A stretch of DNA of 64,000 nt from Candidatus Nomurabacteria bacterium (GTDB taxonomy: Bacteria; Patescibacteriota; Minisyncoccia; Phycocordibacterales; UBA9973): the NCBI GenBank assembly GCA_023267435.1, contig JAHFNH010000004.1, positions 1,236 to 65,235 on the forward strand, in the 5' to 3' direction. The notes below the pieces were generated by a model. The model was not told where the DNA came from. It searched no databases and worked only from the letters and a program-made list of their open reading frames with translations. Shown here piece after piece: positions 1-10,142 of the stretch. The position numbers and the translations under genes were made by a program. Numbering within the stretch: the first letter of the stretch is position 1; each line of letters opens with the position of its first letter.

Positions 1-204
1 GCTCGTGGAATAATTCAATTTGAAAAATGTCCCAATCCTAATTTATTAGGATTGTGGGCCTCGCCTCAAGCGAGGTTCAAAGAAATTTAATTTATTAAAC
101 TTCTGGATTTATTGAGTCGGTATTGTGTCGCTCAATTGACGACACAATAGTTTGCTTGAACTTAAAACAATCTGACAAGCGTGGAAAGACATGCACCAAA
201 AAAG

Positions 205-237
205 TTTCCGCCTCTACGGCGGATCAGCCGATGAGGC
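205..237. repeat. GC-rich hairpin repeat (HR family) copy 1: tttccgcctctacggcggatcagccgatgaggc
   Basis: Near-identical to 32726-32758 and the reverse complement of 53834-53866. Folds as a nested stem-loop gcctc/gaggc with an inner cggcg/cgccg stem. Confidence 0.7.
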
Positions 238-280
238 TGAAAGGAACGAAACAAAACAAAGCACAGCAAACTCCTAAAAA

Positions 281-310
281 ACCACCAAGAAATTGGTGGT
301 TTTTGTGTTT
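281..310 (+). terminator. Rho-independent terminator (accaccaagaaattggtggt followed by a T-run)
   Basis: 8-bp perfect stem followed by tttttgtgtttt. Confidence 0.55.
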
Positions 311-395
311 TCAGGTTACTATTGACTTTATATTAAAATATAGTATTCTAATATAGAAAATAATTAATAGTACAAATAATTTAAAAAATAATAAT

Positions 396-575
396 ATGAA
401 AATACCATTTTTGATTATCGGAGTCTTATGTGCTATTTCTATAGAAATAGGCATTTGTTTTTCATTCCCAGCAGTTGATAAATTTCTTACGTTTGGGATT
501 GGCGTTTTTGTTGTAGTAATAATTTATTTACTGGCTTGTATAGTAGATTATCTGCAAAAAATTGCTAAAAAATAA
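396..575 (+). CDS. small hydrophobic membrane protein (59 aa), hypothetical
   Basis: ATG at 396, stop TAA at 573-575. Translation MKIPFLIIGVLCAISIEIGICFSFPAVDKFLTFGIGVFVVVIIYLLACIV... shows two hydrophobic helices. Followed by a terminator. It is just below the track length cutoff, so it is not in the ORF track. Confidence 0.3.
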   Translation: MKIPFLIIGVLCAISIEIGICFSFPAVDKFLTFGIGVFVVVIIYLLACIVDYLQKIAKK

Positions 576-594
576 AAATTTACAAAAGTTTTCA

Positions 595-629
595 AAAACC
601 GTCTCAATATTGAGGCGGTTTCTTTTTAT
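595..629 (+). terminator. Rho-independent terminator
   Basis: aaaaaccgtctcaatattgaggcggtttcttttt: hairpin with a T-run. Confidence 0.55.
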
Positions 630-636
630 CAATTTG

Positions 637-647
637 TGTGTTATAAT
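637..647 (+). promoter_or_regulatory. extended -10 promoter (TGtgTTATAAT) for uvrA
   Basis: TGnTATAAT-like element about 80 nt upstream of the uvrA ATG. Confidence 0.45.
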
Positions 648-726
648 AGTCTCATAATTTAATAGTTACCCCTAAGCGCAAGCGGTGGGGATGTTTGCGT
701 ATTTGAGCTATTTTTAAAATAATTTT

Positions 727-3327
727 ATGAATAAAAAACAAACAACAGAAGGAGTAATAAGAGTTAAAGGAGCAAGAACTCACAATCTGAAAAATATCAG
801 TGTGGAAATGCCACGCGGTAAAATGATCGCCTTTACTGGACTTTCAGGTTCCGGCAAGAGTTCTTTGGCTTTCGATACTATATTTGCGGAAGGGCAGAGA
901 CGTTATGTGGAATCTTTGTCTTCTTATGCGCGTCAGTTTTTGAAACAGATGGCCAAGCCAGATGTGGATGAGATCGAAGGTTTGAGTCCAGCAATTTCCA
1001 TCGATCAAAAATCTCGTTCCAATAATCCTCGTTCGACAGTGGCGACTATCACAGAAATATACGATTATCTGCGTGTTCTTTATGCGCGCGTCGGTCGCCC
1101 GTACTGTCTGATTTGCGGAGATGAAATTAAAAAACTTTCTAATGAAGAAATAATCAGATTCGTAATGGAAAAGATTTCTAAACTTTCTAGTCCAAAGAAA
1201 AAAGTGATGGGTGTGGAATTCGACGATACTCCAATCCAAATATTTGCTCCGGTGGTACGAGGAAGAAAAGGTGAGTACTATCAGCTTCTTTATGATTTAC
1301 TCGGTAAAGGTTATGCGAAAGTGCGCGTAGACGGTGTGATGAAGAACTTGCGTGAACGCGTAGAACTCTCCAAAACTAAAAAACACGATATAGATGTATT
1401 AGTAGATGAATTTTCTGCGCACGAATTTGCAGTGAAAGATATGAAAGACATCGAGCTTCGTTTAGCTGAGTCTGTCGAACGAGCGCTTCTTGAGTCTGAC
1501 GGTTTGGTAAAAGTAGTCATTAATAAAGAAGAGTCGCTTTTGTCTGCGAAATTTTCTTGCCCGAAAGACGGCTTTTCATTTCCAGAAATAGAACCTCGTC
1601 TATTTTCTTTCAACTCTCCGCACGGAGCATGTCCGACTTGTCATGGTCTCGGCACGAAACATATGTTTGGAGATGATGCTTGTGATGAATGTCAGGGTAA
1701 AAGATTGCGTCCGGAAGCACTGCATGTGTACCTAGGTCACGGAGGAGAAAATAAAAATGGCATTAGTATCGTCGACTTCACTGCACTTTCCATCGAAGAC
1801 GCGGTCGAATATTTTAATAAACTAAAATTGACTCCTCAGGAAAAAGAAATTTCTGCGGTACTTTTGCGCGAGATCGAGTCTCGCCTGGAATTTTTGATGA
1901 ACGTCGGTTTGGAATATTTATCTCTCGATCGGAGGGCGAATACACTCTCGGGTGGAGAAGCGCAAAGAATTCGTCTCGCGTCTCAGCTCGGGTCTCGACT
2001 TGTCGGTGCACTTTATGTGTTAGATGAGCCGACGATTGGTCTTCATCAGCGCGACAATGAAAAACTCATCAAGACTCTTACCAACCTCCGAGATTTAGGA
2101 AATACGATTATTGTCGTCGAACACGATGAGGATACGATTTACTCTTCCGACTATATTGTGGACATCGGTCCGAAGGCGGGAGTGCATGGAGGAGAAATTA
2201 TTGTTGCCGACTATTTAGACAAATTACTCACCGCTCCGAAGAATACTTCGAAGTCTCGCACACTCGCATATTTGCGTGGAGAAGAAAAAATTCCCATTCC
2301 AGAAAAAAGGAGAGAAGGAGAGAAGGGGAGTTTGAAAGTTGTCGGTGGAAAAATTTTCAGTATAAAAAATTTGAATGCAGAAATTCCTCTCGGACGATTG
2401 GTCTCGATCACCGGAGTTTCTGGTTCCGGGAAATCTTCCTTCATGTACGAGATACTCCACAAAAATTTACAAGCGAAGTTCGAAAGAAAATACCGCAGTG
2501 CGCAAATTTTTAATTGCGCATCTTTTTCCGGTTCCGAATATTTACAGAGAGTCGTGCTCATCGACCAGTCACCGATCGGAAGAACTCCTCGCTCAAACAT
2601 CGCGACATACACCGGAGCGTTCGTGCATGTTCGTGATCTTTTTTCGGCGACCGAAGAGTCTCGTTTTCGTGGTTGGGGTCAGAGCAGATTTTCTTTCAAT
2701 GTGAAAGGCGGACGATGCGAAGCTTGTGAAGGAAATGGAGAGATAGCAGTCGAGATGCATTTCTTGCCGACAGTGTATGTGACATGCGATGTGTGTAATG
2801 GAAAAAGATTTGATAAAGAAACTTTGAAAGTAAAATATAAAAAGAAAAATATTTTTGAAGTTTTAGAAATGACAGTCGAAGAAGGTTTTACTTTTTTTGA
2901 AGACATACCTGCGATTTATGACAGACTAAAAACTTTGATGGATGTCGGACTCGGTTATGTGAAACTCGGACAAAGTGCGACGACACTTTCTGGCGGTGAA
3001 GCGCAACGTGTAAAAATTTCTAGTGAACTTTTCAGACCATACTTAGAAAAAACAATTTATCTTTTAGACGAGCCGACAGTCGGATTACATTATGATGATG
3101 TTCAGAATTTAATAAATGTTTTAGACAAGCTCGTGAACAAAGGAAACAGTGTTGTTGTCATCGAACACAATATGGATCTCATAAAATGCAGTGACTATAT
3201 ATTGGACTTTGGACCTGAAGGGGGAGACAAAGGTGGTACGTTAGTAGCGAAGGGAACTCCGGAAGAAGTCGCCAATCATCCTAAGTCTTTTACGGGTAAG
3301 TATCTTAAGAAAGTCTTGAGAAAATAA
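727..3327 (+). CDS. uvrA: excinuclease ABC subunit A (UvrA), compact 866-aa form
   Basis: Two ABC ATPase modules (GLSGSGKSSLAF and GVSGSGKSSF Walker A, LSGGEAQR signatures). Zinc-finger Cys clusters CPTCHG, CDEC, CEAC, CDVC. Confidence 0.92.
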   Translation: MNKKQTTEGVIRVKGARTHNLKNISVEMPRGKMIAFTGLSGSGKSSLAFDTIFAEGQRRYVESLSSYARQFLKQMAKPDVDEIEGLSPAISIDQKSRSNNPRSTVATITEIYDYLRVLYARVGRPYCLICGDEIKKLSNEEIIRFVMEKISKLSSPKKKVMGVEFDDTPIQIFAPVVRGRKGEYYQLLYDLLGKGYAKVRVDGVMKNLRERVELSKTKKHDIDVLVDEFSAHEFAVKDMKDIELRLAESVERALLESDGLVKVVINKEESLLSAKFSCPKDGFSFPEIEPRLFSFNSPHGACPTCHGLGTKHMFGDDACDECQGKRLRPEALHVYLGHGGENKNGISIVDFTALSIEDAVEYFNKLKLTPQEKEISAVLLREIESRLEFLMNVGLEYLSLDRRANTLSGGEAQRIRLASQLGSRLVGALYVLDEPTIGLHQRDNEKLIKTLTNLRDLGNTIIVVEHDEDTIYSSDYIVDIGPKAGVHGGEIIVADYLDKLLTAPKNTSKSRTLAYLRGEEKIPIPEKRREGEKGSLKVVGGKIFSIKNLNAEIPLGRLVSITGVSGSGKSSFMYEILHKNLQAKFERKYRSAQIFNCASFSGSEYLQRVVLIDQSPIGRTPRSNIATYTGAFVHVRDLFSATEESRFRGWGQSRFSFNVKGGRCEACEGNGEIAVEMHFLPTVYVTCDVCNGKRFDKETLKVKYKKKNIFEVLEMTVEEGFTFFEDIPAIYDRLKTLMDVGLGYVKLGQSATTLSGGEAQRVKISSELFRPYLEKTIYLLDEPTVGLHYDDVQNLINVLDKLVNKGNSVVVIEHNMDLIKCSDYILDFGPEGGDKGGTLVAKGTPEEVANHPKSFTGKYLKKVLRK

Positions 3328-3346
3328 GCTTTTAACAAATAAAAGT

Positions 3347-3371
3347 CCCACTTCTGGTGGGGTTTTTATTT
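3347..3371 (+). terminator. Rho-independent terminator after uvrA
   Basis: cccac-ttctg-gtggg hairpin followed by gtttttattt. Confidence 0.6.
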
Positions 3372-3707
3372 CTGGTTGCATGTATGAGTTCATTTAATTT
3401 TAATACTTATCCACAGTATAGTTATGTATTCTATTTACACTATATATACAGATTGATACAATATATGCACATACGTAGTTGTATGTTGTTTAGAAAGTTT
3501 TCGCGGAGTTGTTGCCCGGAAACAAAGTTAATTTTGGTTTTAAAAACCAATTTATTTTTTGTTTTCTGTTTGTTCGTTATTATTTATTAGTGTTTATTAT
3601 TAGTCGATTTGTTTTTATTAATAATTAGAGCTTTAATAATAAAAATTAAAGCCTAGCAAATTGCGCCGCGTTTCAATGGATAACGTTGCATGATTTAACA
3701 AAATCAT

Positions 3708-6700
3708 ATGTTTAAAAAAATATTTGTTTCTTCTTTTATTATCGTCGCATTAACTGTCGGCGCTTTTGGCATTTCACATAGTGTCGCTGCCGCTCAGACT
3801 TCTTTGTGGCAAGTTGCTCAGCAACAAGTCGGAGCAGGAGCATCATCCGATGCACTTGTTTCAGCTACAAAAAATCTTGCTACTAAGCACGATATAAAGA
3901 TCCCAGAATGGAGTTGGAATCTTTCTGGAAAATTTGATGTTCGAAAATTATCTTTGTCATTTTTGAAATCAATTGCATCTCTCGCTTCTTTTGGTAAATC
4001 AAATGTTGCGCAAGTAGTTCCCACTACTCCTACTTATACTTACCAATATAGTTTTGGAAGTGCTGGCCTTGGTAATGGACAACTTCGTTATACTCAGAAT
4101 CTTACCTCTGATTCAGACGGTAATATTTATGTTGCCGATGCTTACTACAATCGTCCACGTATTCAAAAATTTGATCAAAACGGAACCTTTCTATTAGGTT
4201 GGGGAGGTTACGGTACAGGTGACACTCAATTTGTTGACATAAGCAGTTTAACTTTCTTTAAAGGACAAATTTATGTTTCTGAAGTAAATGTTGATGATAT
4301 AAAAGTTTTTGATACTTCAGGAAATTTTGTTAGAAAAATAGCATTGAGTGTTTCTGGAGAAAGACAATATTTTGTGGCTAAGATAGCATTAGATTCAAGA
4401 GGTAACATTTATGTTCTTAGTAACAATACTACAAACGTTGTATATAAATTTACAAATTCTGGTACTTATGTTTCTTCTTTCCCTGTTGAGAATCCAAACT
4501 CTGCAAATGCCTTACAAGGCATCACAGTTGATTCCAATAATAATATTTATGTAACTGGATACAACTTTATTCGAGAATTTGATTTAAATGGTACTCTTGT
4601 AAAATCTTTTAATGTCAGTAGTTTATTCGGTTTTTATGGTATAACCGTTGATCTTTCTGGTTACGCTTTTGTTGGTGATAATAGTTACCAACAAGTGGAT
4701 GAATTTGACCCATCTGGAAATTATTTAGCAAGCTTTAAGAATCCAAGTGGTGCTGCAATTTATGGTGTGACTCGAATAGGTAATGGTAATATTTATGCTG
4801 CTGATTTTCCTAGTCAAGTAGATGTATTTATACCTTCTACTCCTTCTACAATTCCACCAATTATAACAATTAATGATCCACTTTATCCTACTGTTGTGAG
4901 TACTGGTCAGCAAATGGTTTTTGCTACTGCATTTACAAACGCAAGTGGTGCTGATATGGGAACTTGTTCATTTATATCAGGAGATGGAAGTATGGTTCCT
5001 ACATATATTGCTAAAGACAATAATCAGAATGATGTATTAGCTGCAAATTATACATATCTAAAAGATGGAACATTTTCAGCTTTATTTGAGTGTGTTTCTC
5101 CTCTCGCTGGTACTATTAGTAATACGCCTACTTCTATTATAGCTAGCACTTTAGACACAACTCCTCCAACAGTTGCTTCTACAAGTCCAACAGATTTATC
5201 TACAAATGTTTCTATTAATACAACCATTGAAGCAACCTTTAGTGAAGCGATAGATTGGAAAACTGCCAATAGCCAAAATGTTGTTCTTCTTGATCCGAAC
5301 GGTAATCAAGTTGAAGCAACCCTTTCTTCTAATAGTTCTATAGTAGGTGTTCTTTCTCCATCAGTACCACTAAATTACAACACAACTTATACAGTGATAA
5401 TTAAAAGAAATTTTAAAGATTTGGTTACAGGTGGCGTAGTAGCTGGTTTAACTGATCTAGCTGGAAATGAGATATCTGCTGATTTTGTTTGGTCATTTAC
5501 CACTGAAGCTAATCCAGTATCTGTAACAATTGGCGCAGTTCTTCCTACGGATACCACAGTCAATACAGCAACAGTATTTACTGCTAGTGTTACAAATCCA
5601 ACTGGCGTTGATTTAGGATCTTGTTATTTCTATGTAGGAATAAAATCTGTAGGTAATATACCTGCAACCTATGATGTGAAAGCTGGACAAGTCAGTGCAA
5701 CTTATACTTATGATACAGCTGGAGTTTATAATACCCAATTCTCTTGCAACGGTAGTCTTATAAGTGTTTCTGGTATTCCAACAGATGTAACTGTGACTAG
5801 TACTGTTCCTTCACCTTGTTCTATAACAATGGACAAAGCAAACCCAGATTTCGCTACATCATTAGGAACCATTTCTTTCGGTGGAGACGTTCTTGTTTCT
5901 TCCAACCCTAATTTATTATTCTCTTCAGATAACGGTGTTAAAAATGCTTGGAATAGTAAATATGATTTAAACTTGAATTCACCTACAGTCTACATGTTTG
6001 ACAAAGCAACAGGAGCGACTCTTCAGTTGACCAATGCCGCTTACGACGCAAAAACTCCTAGCTTTACATTCGACAAGCCAGCAGTAAATGTATTACTCTC
6101 AAAAGCAGCAGGTACTATGTCATACAAGTTTGATAATGGTGGAACAATCACCTTCGATGGTGGCGCCCTTGTTACATTTGCCGGACTAGAAGCATCTTTC
6201 GATGGTGGAACAACTTGGGTAACTTCTTACAAGACTGATCCTTATCCAAAAACATTCATTGTAAGAGATCCAAAAACACTAACAACTACAGACATCACAA
6301 ACGTATTACTTGATTCAAAAGCAGGAGCATTCTCTTTCTCAATAGCTCCAGTTTGTGTTGTTCCTCCTCCACCTTGTTCAACAACTACAACTCTTAACAA
6401 AGCAAACCCAGATTTCGCTACATCATTAGGAACCATTTCTTTCGGTGGAGACGTTCTTGTTTCTTCCAACCCTAATTTAGTAATGTCTGTAGACAATTCT
6501 CTTTGGGAAGGAAAACTTGATTTAAACCTTGTAGCCAAAACAAATATTGTTTATCTATGGGACAAACAAACAGGAGCTACTCTTCAGTTGACCAATGCCG
6601 CTTACGACGCAAAAACTCCTAGCTTCTCATTTGATAAACTACCTACAACAACTGTAGTTGAGTTATCAAAAATGAATACTACTTACACAGCATCAAATGG

Positions 6701-9059
6701 CGTAGTATTAACTTTTGATCCAAGTACATTCTCTTTAACTATCTTAAATGGATTAATGTCTGTAGATAATACAAAATTTGTAACCAGTCTAGGTAAAGCT
6801 GAATTATTAAAGTTCTCTACTTTGTATGTACAAGGTAAGTCAGGAGTAGTTACACCAGTAACTATGAAAGCTGATTCAAATCTAGGAATAATAGACTTTA
6901 CATTTACTACAGCAGATACTTGTGGAGTTTCTGATACAGTTGCACCAGTTACAACACTTACAAATGTTCCTGCAGTTGTAGACGGACAAAATGGTTGGTT
7001 TATAACTTCACCGGTTGTCGGCACACTTACTTGTGCTGATCTTCCAGCAGACAAAACTTCTTCCGGTTGTAACCAGACATTCTACACTCTTGATAAAGAC
7101 AGTGAAGTTTCAGGAGTCGCTCCAATAGATTTCAAAATGTACGACGGTATTCATTCTGTCTCTTATTACTCAAATGATAAAGCTGGAAATACAGAAGTTG
7201 CTCAAAGTGCTTCTTTCTACATAGATTCAGTTGCTCCTTCAACCAATGTTACTTTGATTGACAAGGACGCAGATAAGTTTATCGAAGCTGTTCAGGTTGA
7301 TGCAAAAGACGAAACTTCAGGTGTTGCTTATATGAATTATGTAGTCAGCCTAGGTGGAGTTGATGTTTACAAATCTGATCTTATAAAAGGATCATCCATA
7401 GCTATAGATCTTTCTCTTTGGACTAAAGCAGGTAAATCAATAACCATTACTTATTTCGCAACAGACAATGCTGGTAATACATCTAAAGATCAAGCTGTTG
7501 TTGCAAATTACGATATTTGTCCAGGAGTAGCAGGTCAATATCAAGGTTGTGGTAATAAGAATCATGTTATATCAATCGTTCATAATGTTAATAAAATTGC
7601 AAAATATGATGACAACGATGAATATAAGGGTGATCGAGCAAATTGCGGAATTACTACAGGTAAAGATGGAAAGAAATCAGTTACCGCAGAATGCGACAAA
7701 AATGTTTCAGGTGTAGTTGTTAAAGCCTTCCCATTTACTGTTGCTCAGAATATATTAAAGCCGATTAATGGTTGGGACGAAAATAATGATGGACAGCCTC
7801 GCCAGACATCTCTTGCTGCTCTCTATGCTTCAGGAGCTGAATCAAACTCATGTACTACTATTTCAGGTTCATGTGACATGGGTCTTCCAGTAGGAAAAGG
7901 TGTAGGTCAATTTACTAAATTCATTGATGTTGCTTTGTATACAGTTAAAGATCCATCTTCTGGTAAGAAGATTGATCTTTATCAATCAAAGGTAAAGAAT
8001 TTCATGGGTAAAGACCACGAGGATAATAAATCTGTTAGAGAAAGAGATGATAATCACAAGAGTTACTATAATTGTGACTCAAGTAGTAAATATCCTAACT
8101 TCAGTTCTGATGACTTAAGTAGAGAAAAAGTTTGTCAACAAGAAATTAATGACATGCATGGTACAAACGATGATAGTACAAACATAAATACTATCGTTAC
8201 TAAGACTTTCCGTTTCTTGAATCTTGTAAGTAAGGATTCAAATGGTAAAGAAAAAGATGAACCTTCTACAGCTGGTATTAAGAAAAATTCAGGATCAGAA
8301 CTAGATGTTATTTATCCAGAATATACTATTTGGGACGGTACAACAGCTCTTTATCCTTTCATTATGACTTCAGATTCTGATTGGACTACAGACGTATGTC
8401 TCCAAGTTCCAACAGGATATCAGATCTCGGCTGTTTATGATCAGGAAGGAAATATTATCTCAACTGATCAATGTCAACAGACATTTATCTCTGGTGAAAC
8501 TAAGACAGTTCTATTTTCAGTTAGCGATGTTGGTTCACCTGAACCTGATTTCACATTTTCTCTTCAAACCAAGCACCAAGAAGTTCAAACAGGAGGTGGA
8601 ACAGCACTTCAGCAAACTAACCAGACTCTTAGTGTAGGTGGTATCAGACAAGCAACTAAGGATGTTGTAGACACTCAGATAGCTCAAGCTATTGCTCCTG
8701 TAATCGCTCAGATTAATGCTGACAAGCAGGCTCAATTAGCTCAAGCTGTTCAAGTTCTAGCACCAGCTGTTAGTCCAGTTGTTATTGCTCAAGCTCCTAC
8801 ACCAATCAGCCAGGTTCAAGCAATAAACTTCTCTAATAATTTGAAATTAGGAAAGAAGGGAACTGATGTTAAGGCTCTTCAAGAATACCTTAACAATCAC
8901 GGCTTTGAAGTTTCCAAGTCAGGTGCAGGTTCAAATGGTATGGAATCTGAATACTTTGGAGGAAAAACAAAAGCTGCAGTCGTTAAATTCCAAAAGGCCA
9001 ACAAGCTTCCAGCTACTGGCTTCGTAGGAACAATGACTCGCTCGCTATTGAATAGATAA
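3708..9059 (+). CDS. giant secreted cell-surface protein (1783 aa): signal peptide, NHL-type beta-propeller repeats, Big_5-like Ig domain, duplicated internal domain, C-terminal PG_binding_1-like domain
   Basis: N-terminal hydrophobic signal. Repeated GNIYV(A/T)D/NxIxKF blades typical of NHL repeats. The TPPTVASTSPTDLSTNVSINTTIEATFSEAID segment matches the Big_5 pattern. The C-terminal LKLGKKGTDVKALQEYLNNHGF...VVKFQKANKLPATGFVG matches the peptidoglycan-binding domain pattern. Confidence 0.75.
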   Translation: MFKKIFVSSFIIVALTVGAFGISHSVAAAQTSLWQVAQQQVGAGASSDALVSATKNLATKHDIKIPEWSWNLSGKFDVRKLSLSFLKSIASLASFGKSNVAQVVPTTPTYTYQYSFGSAGLGNGQLRYTQNLTSDSDGNIYVADAYYNRPRIQKFDQNGTFLLGWGGYGTGDTQFVDISSLTFFKGQIYVSEVNVDDIKVFDTSGNFVRKIALSVSGERQYFVAKIALDSRGNIYVLSNNTTNVVYKFTNSGTYVSSFPVENPNSANALQGITVDSNNNIYVTGYNFIREFDLNGTLVKSFNVSSLFGFYGITVDLSGYAFVGDNSYQQVDEFDPSGNYLASFKNPSGAAIYGVTRIGNGNIYAADFPSQVDVFIPSTPSTIPPIITINDPLYPTVVSTGQQMVFATAFTNASGADMGTCSFISGDGSMVPTYIAKDNNQNDVLAANYTYLKDGTFSALFECVSPLAGTISNTPTSIIASTLDTTPPTVASTSPTDLSTNVSINTTIEATFSEAIDWKTANSQNVVLLDPNGNQVEATLSSNSSIVGVLSPSVPLNYNTTYTVIIKRNFKDLVTGGVVAGLTDLAGNEISADFVWSFTTEANPVSVTIGAVLPTDTTVNTATVFTASVTNPTGVDLGSCYFYVGIKSVGNIPATYDVKAGQVSATYTYDTAGVYNTQFSCNGSLISVSGIPTDVTVTSTVPSPCSITMDKANPDFATSLGTISFGGDVLVSSNPNLLFSSDNGVKNAWNSKYDLNLNSPTVYMFDKATGATLQLTNAAYDAKTPSFTFDKPAVNVLLSKAAGTMSYKFDNGGTITFDGGALVTFAGLEASFDGGTTWVTSYKTDPYPKTFIVRDPKTLTTTDITNVLLDSKAGAFSFSIAPVCVVPPPPCSTTTTLNKANPDFATSLGTISFGGDVLVSSNPNLVMSVDNSLWEGKLDLNLVAKTNIVYLWDKQTGATLQLTNAAYDAKTPSFSFDKLPTTTVVELSKMNTTYTASNGVVLTFDPSTFSLTILNGLMSVDNTKFVTSLGKAELLKFSTLYVQGKSGVVTPVTMKADSNLGIIDFTFTTADTCGVSDTVAPVTTLTNVPAVVDGQNGWFITSPVVGTLTCADLPADKTSSGCNQTFYTLDKDSEVSGVAPIDFKMYDGIHSVSYYSNDKAGNTEVAQSASFYIDSVAPSTNVTLIDKDADKFIEAVQVDAKDETSGVAYMNYVVSLGGVDVYKSDLIKGSSIAIDLSLWTKAGKSITITYFATDNAGNTSKDQAVVANYDICPGVAGQYQGCGNKNHVISIVHNVNKIAKYDDNDEYKGDRANCGITTGKDGKKSVTAECDKNVSGVVVKAFPFTVAQNILKPINGWDENNDGQPRQTSLAALYASGAESNSCTTISGSCDMGLPVGKGVGQFTKFIDVALYTVKDPSSGKKIDLYQSKVKNFMGKDHEDNKSVRERDDNHKSYYNCDSSSKYPNFSSDDLSREKVCQQEINDMHGTNDDSTNINTIVTKTFRFLNLVSKDSNGKEKDEPSTAGIKKNSGSELDVIYPEYTIWDGTTALYPFIMTSDSDWTTDVCLQVPTGYQISAVYDQEGNIISTDQCQQTFISGETKTVLFSVSDVGSPEPDFTFSLQTKHQEVQTGGGTALQQTNQTLSVGGIRQATKDVVDTQIAQAIAPVIAQINADKQAQLAQAVQVLAPAVSPVVIAQAPTPISQVQAINFSNNLKLGKKGTDVKALQEYLNNHGFEVSKSGAGSNGMESEYFGGKTKAAVVKFQKANKLPATGFVGTMTRSLLNR
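5833..5915 (+). repeat. intragenic repeat copy A (83 nt identical to 6397-6479)
   Basis: Exact nucleotide identity. Encodes KANPDFATSLGTISFGGDVLVSSNPNL. Confidence 0.9.
6397..6479 (+). repeat. intragenic repeat copy B (tandem domain duplication, ~564 nt periodicity)
   Basis: Exact identity to 5833-5915. A second shared block (caggagc.actcttcagttgaccaatgccgcttacgacgcaaaaactcctagctt) lies at 6010 and 6571. Confidence 0.9.
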
Positions 9060-9087
9060 TTATCCTTCTAGGATTCTTATTGCAAAA

Positions 9088-9120
9088 ACACTCCGACTTT
9101 CGTCGGAGTGTTTTTGTTTT
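9088..9120 (+). terminator. Rho-independent terminator after the giant surface protein gene
   Basis: acactccgac-tttc-gtcggagtgt hairpin followed by ttttgtttt. Confidence 0.7.
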
Positions 9121-9146
9121 AATTTTATGTTAATATTAAAACTATT

Positions 9147-10130
9147 ATGCCAGAAAAATTAGCCAAAAGGTTTATCGCAATATCTTTGATTTTAGTCGCA
9201 GTTTCTTTAGCTGTTGGTGTATATTTTGTTAAGCAAACATTTGATAATATTTTTAACAACATTAATACCGAAGTGGGACAGTCGGCTCGAGCAGTTGCAT
9301 TTGAGCAACAGAGTTGGGTACAGCGCAATCATCAATTAGCAGATGTTCTTTCAGTCCTTCCAGAAGTAGTTGGTAATGATATGACAAAATGTTCAAAAGT
9401 ATTATCGGATATTTTAAAGGCTTATCCGCAATATACAAATTTTGGAGTTGTAGACCTCAATGGTAATGTCATATGTTCTGGATTGCCTTACACTTCAAAA
9501 ATAAACTTTAGTAATGAATCGTGGTTTAAAAATGCAATTTCAAATAACAATTTTTCTATAGGTGATTTTCAAATTGGGCCAATTTCCAAGAAACCGATAA
9601 TTATTTTTGGTCATCCTATTTATGACAGTTCGTTGACTAGCGGAGGAAAAATAAAAAGAGTGATATCAATCGGACTTGATTTGAATTGGATTCATGATTT
9701 GCTTTCAAATATTGATATGAAACAAGGCGAAGTAGCTTTTGTGATAGATCGTAATGGCATTATATTAGCTGGTTTTCCAGATCAATATAATAGTGTTGGT
9801 AAGAACTTTACGGGAGGAGCATTTTTAGATCAAGTTATAAACAATGGCGCACATACTTTTAATATTATAGGCAGTGACGGTGTTCGTCGTATTTATGCTT
9901 CTACTCCTTTATCTGGAGAGGGAGAAAATGATTTATATTTTATATTTGGTGTTCCTGTAACTAGTATCATTACTCAGACGACTAAGGTTTCTATTCCGTT
10001 TATAATTATTTTTATGATTGGAATCTTTATTTTACGCGATGTTTTTCATCACCATCGAAAAGAAGCCATAATAAAAGAAGAAACAAAGGAAGAACCTAAA
10101 GAAGAACCTAAAGAAGAGAAACTAAGTTAA
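9147..10130 (+). CDS. bitopic membrane protein with a large extracytoplasmic (Cache-like?) domain and a C-terminal KEEPKEEPKEE tail; hypothetical
   Basis: N-terminal TM (IAISLILVAVSLAVGVYFV) and C-terminal TM (IPFIIIFMIGIFIL) flank a ~250-aa soluble domain. Tandem gaagaacctaaa repeat near the 3' end. Confidence 0.4.
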   Translation: MPEKLAKRFIAISLILVAVSLAVGVYFVKQTFDNIFNNINTEVGQSARAVAFEQQSWVQRNHQLADVLSVLPEVVGNDMTKCSKVLSDILKAYPQYTNFGVVDLNGNVICSGLPYTSKINFSNESWFKNAISNNNFSIGDFQIGPISKKPIIIFGHPIYDSSLTSGGKIKRVISIGLDLNWIHDLLSNIDMKQGEVAFVIDRNGIILAGFPDQYNSVGKNFTGGAFLDQVINNGAHTFNIIGSDGVRRIYASTPLSGEGENDLYFIFGVPVTSIITQTTKVSIPFIIIFMIGIFILRDVFHHHRKEAIIKEETKEEPKEEPKEEKLS

Positions 10131-10142
10131 TATATTTTTTAA

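Noticed and set aside
123-356. 77-aa ORF in the track
   Set aside because: Low-complexity translation spanning stacked hairpins, the HR repeat and a terminator; far more likely non-coding.
3357-3590. 77-aa ORF in the AT-rich spacer after uvrA
   Set aside because: Follows the uvrA terminator with no promoter or structure support; hydrophobic low-complexity from AT-rich DNA.
10091-10116. Tandem gaagaacctaaa repeat (KEEPKEEPKEE)
   Set aside because: Trivial in-frame codon repeat at a protein C-terminus; no evidence of function beyond a charged tail.
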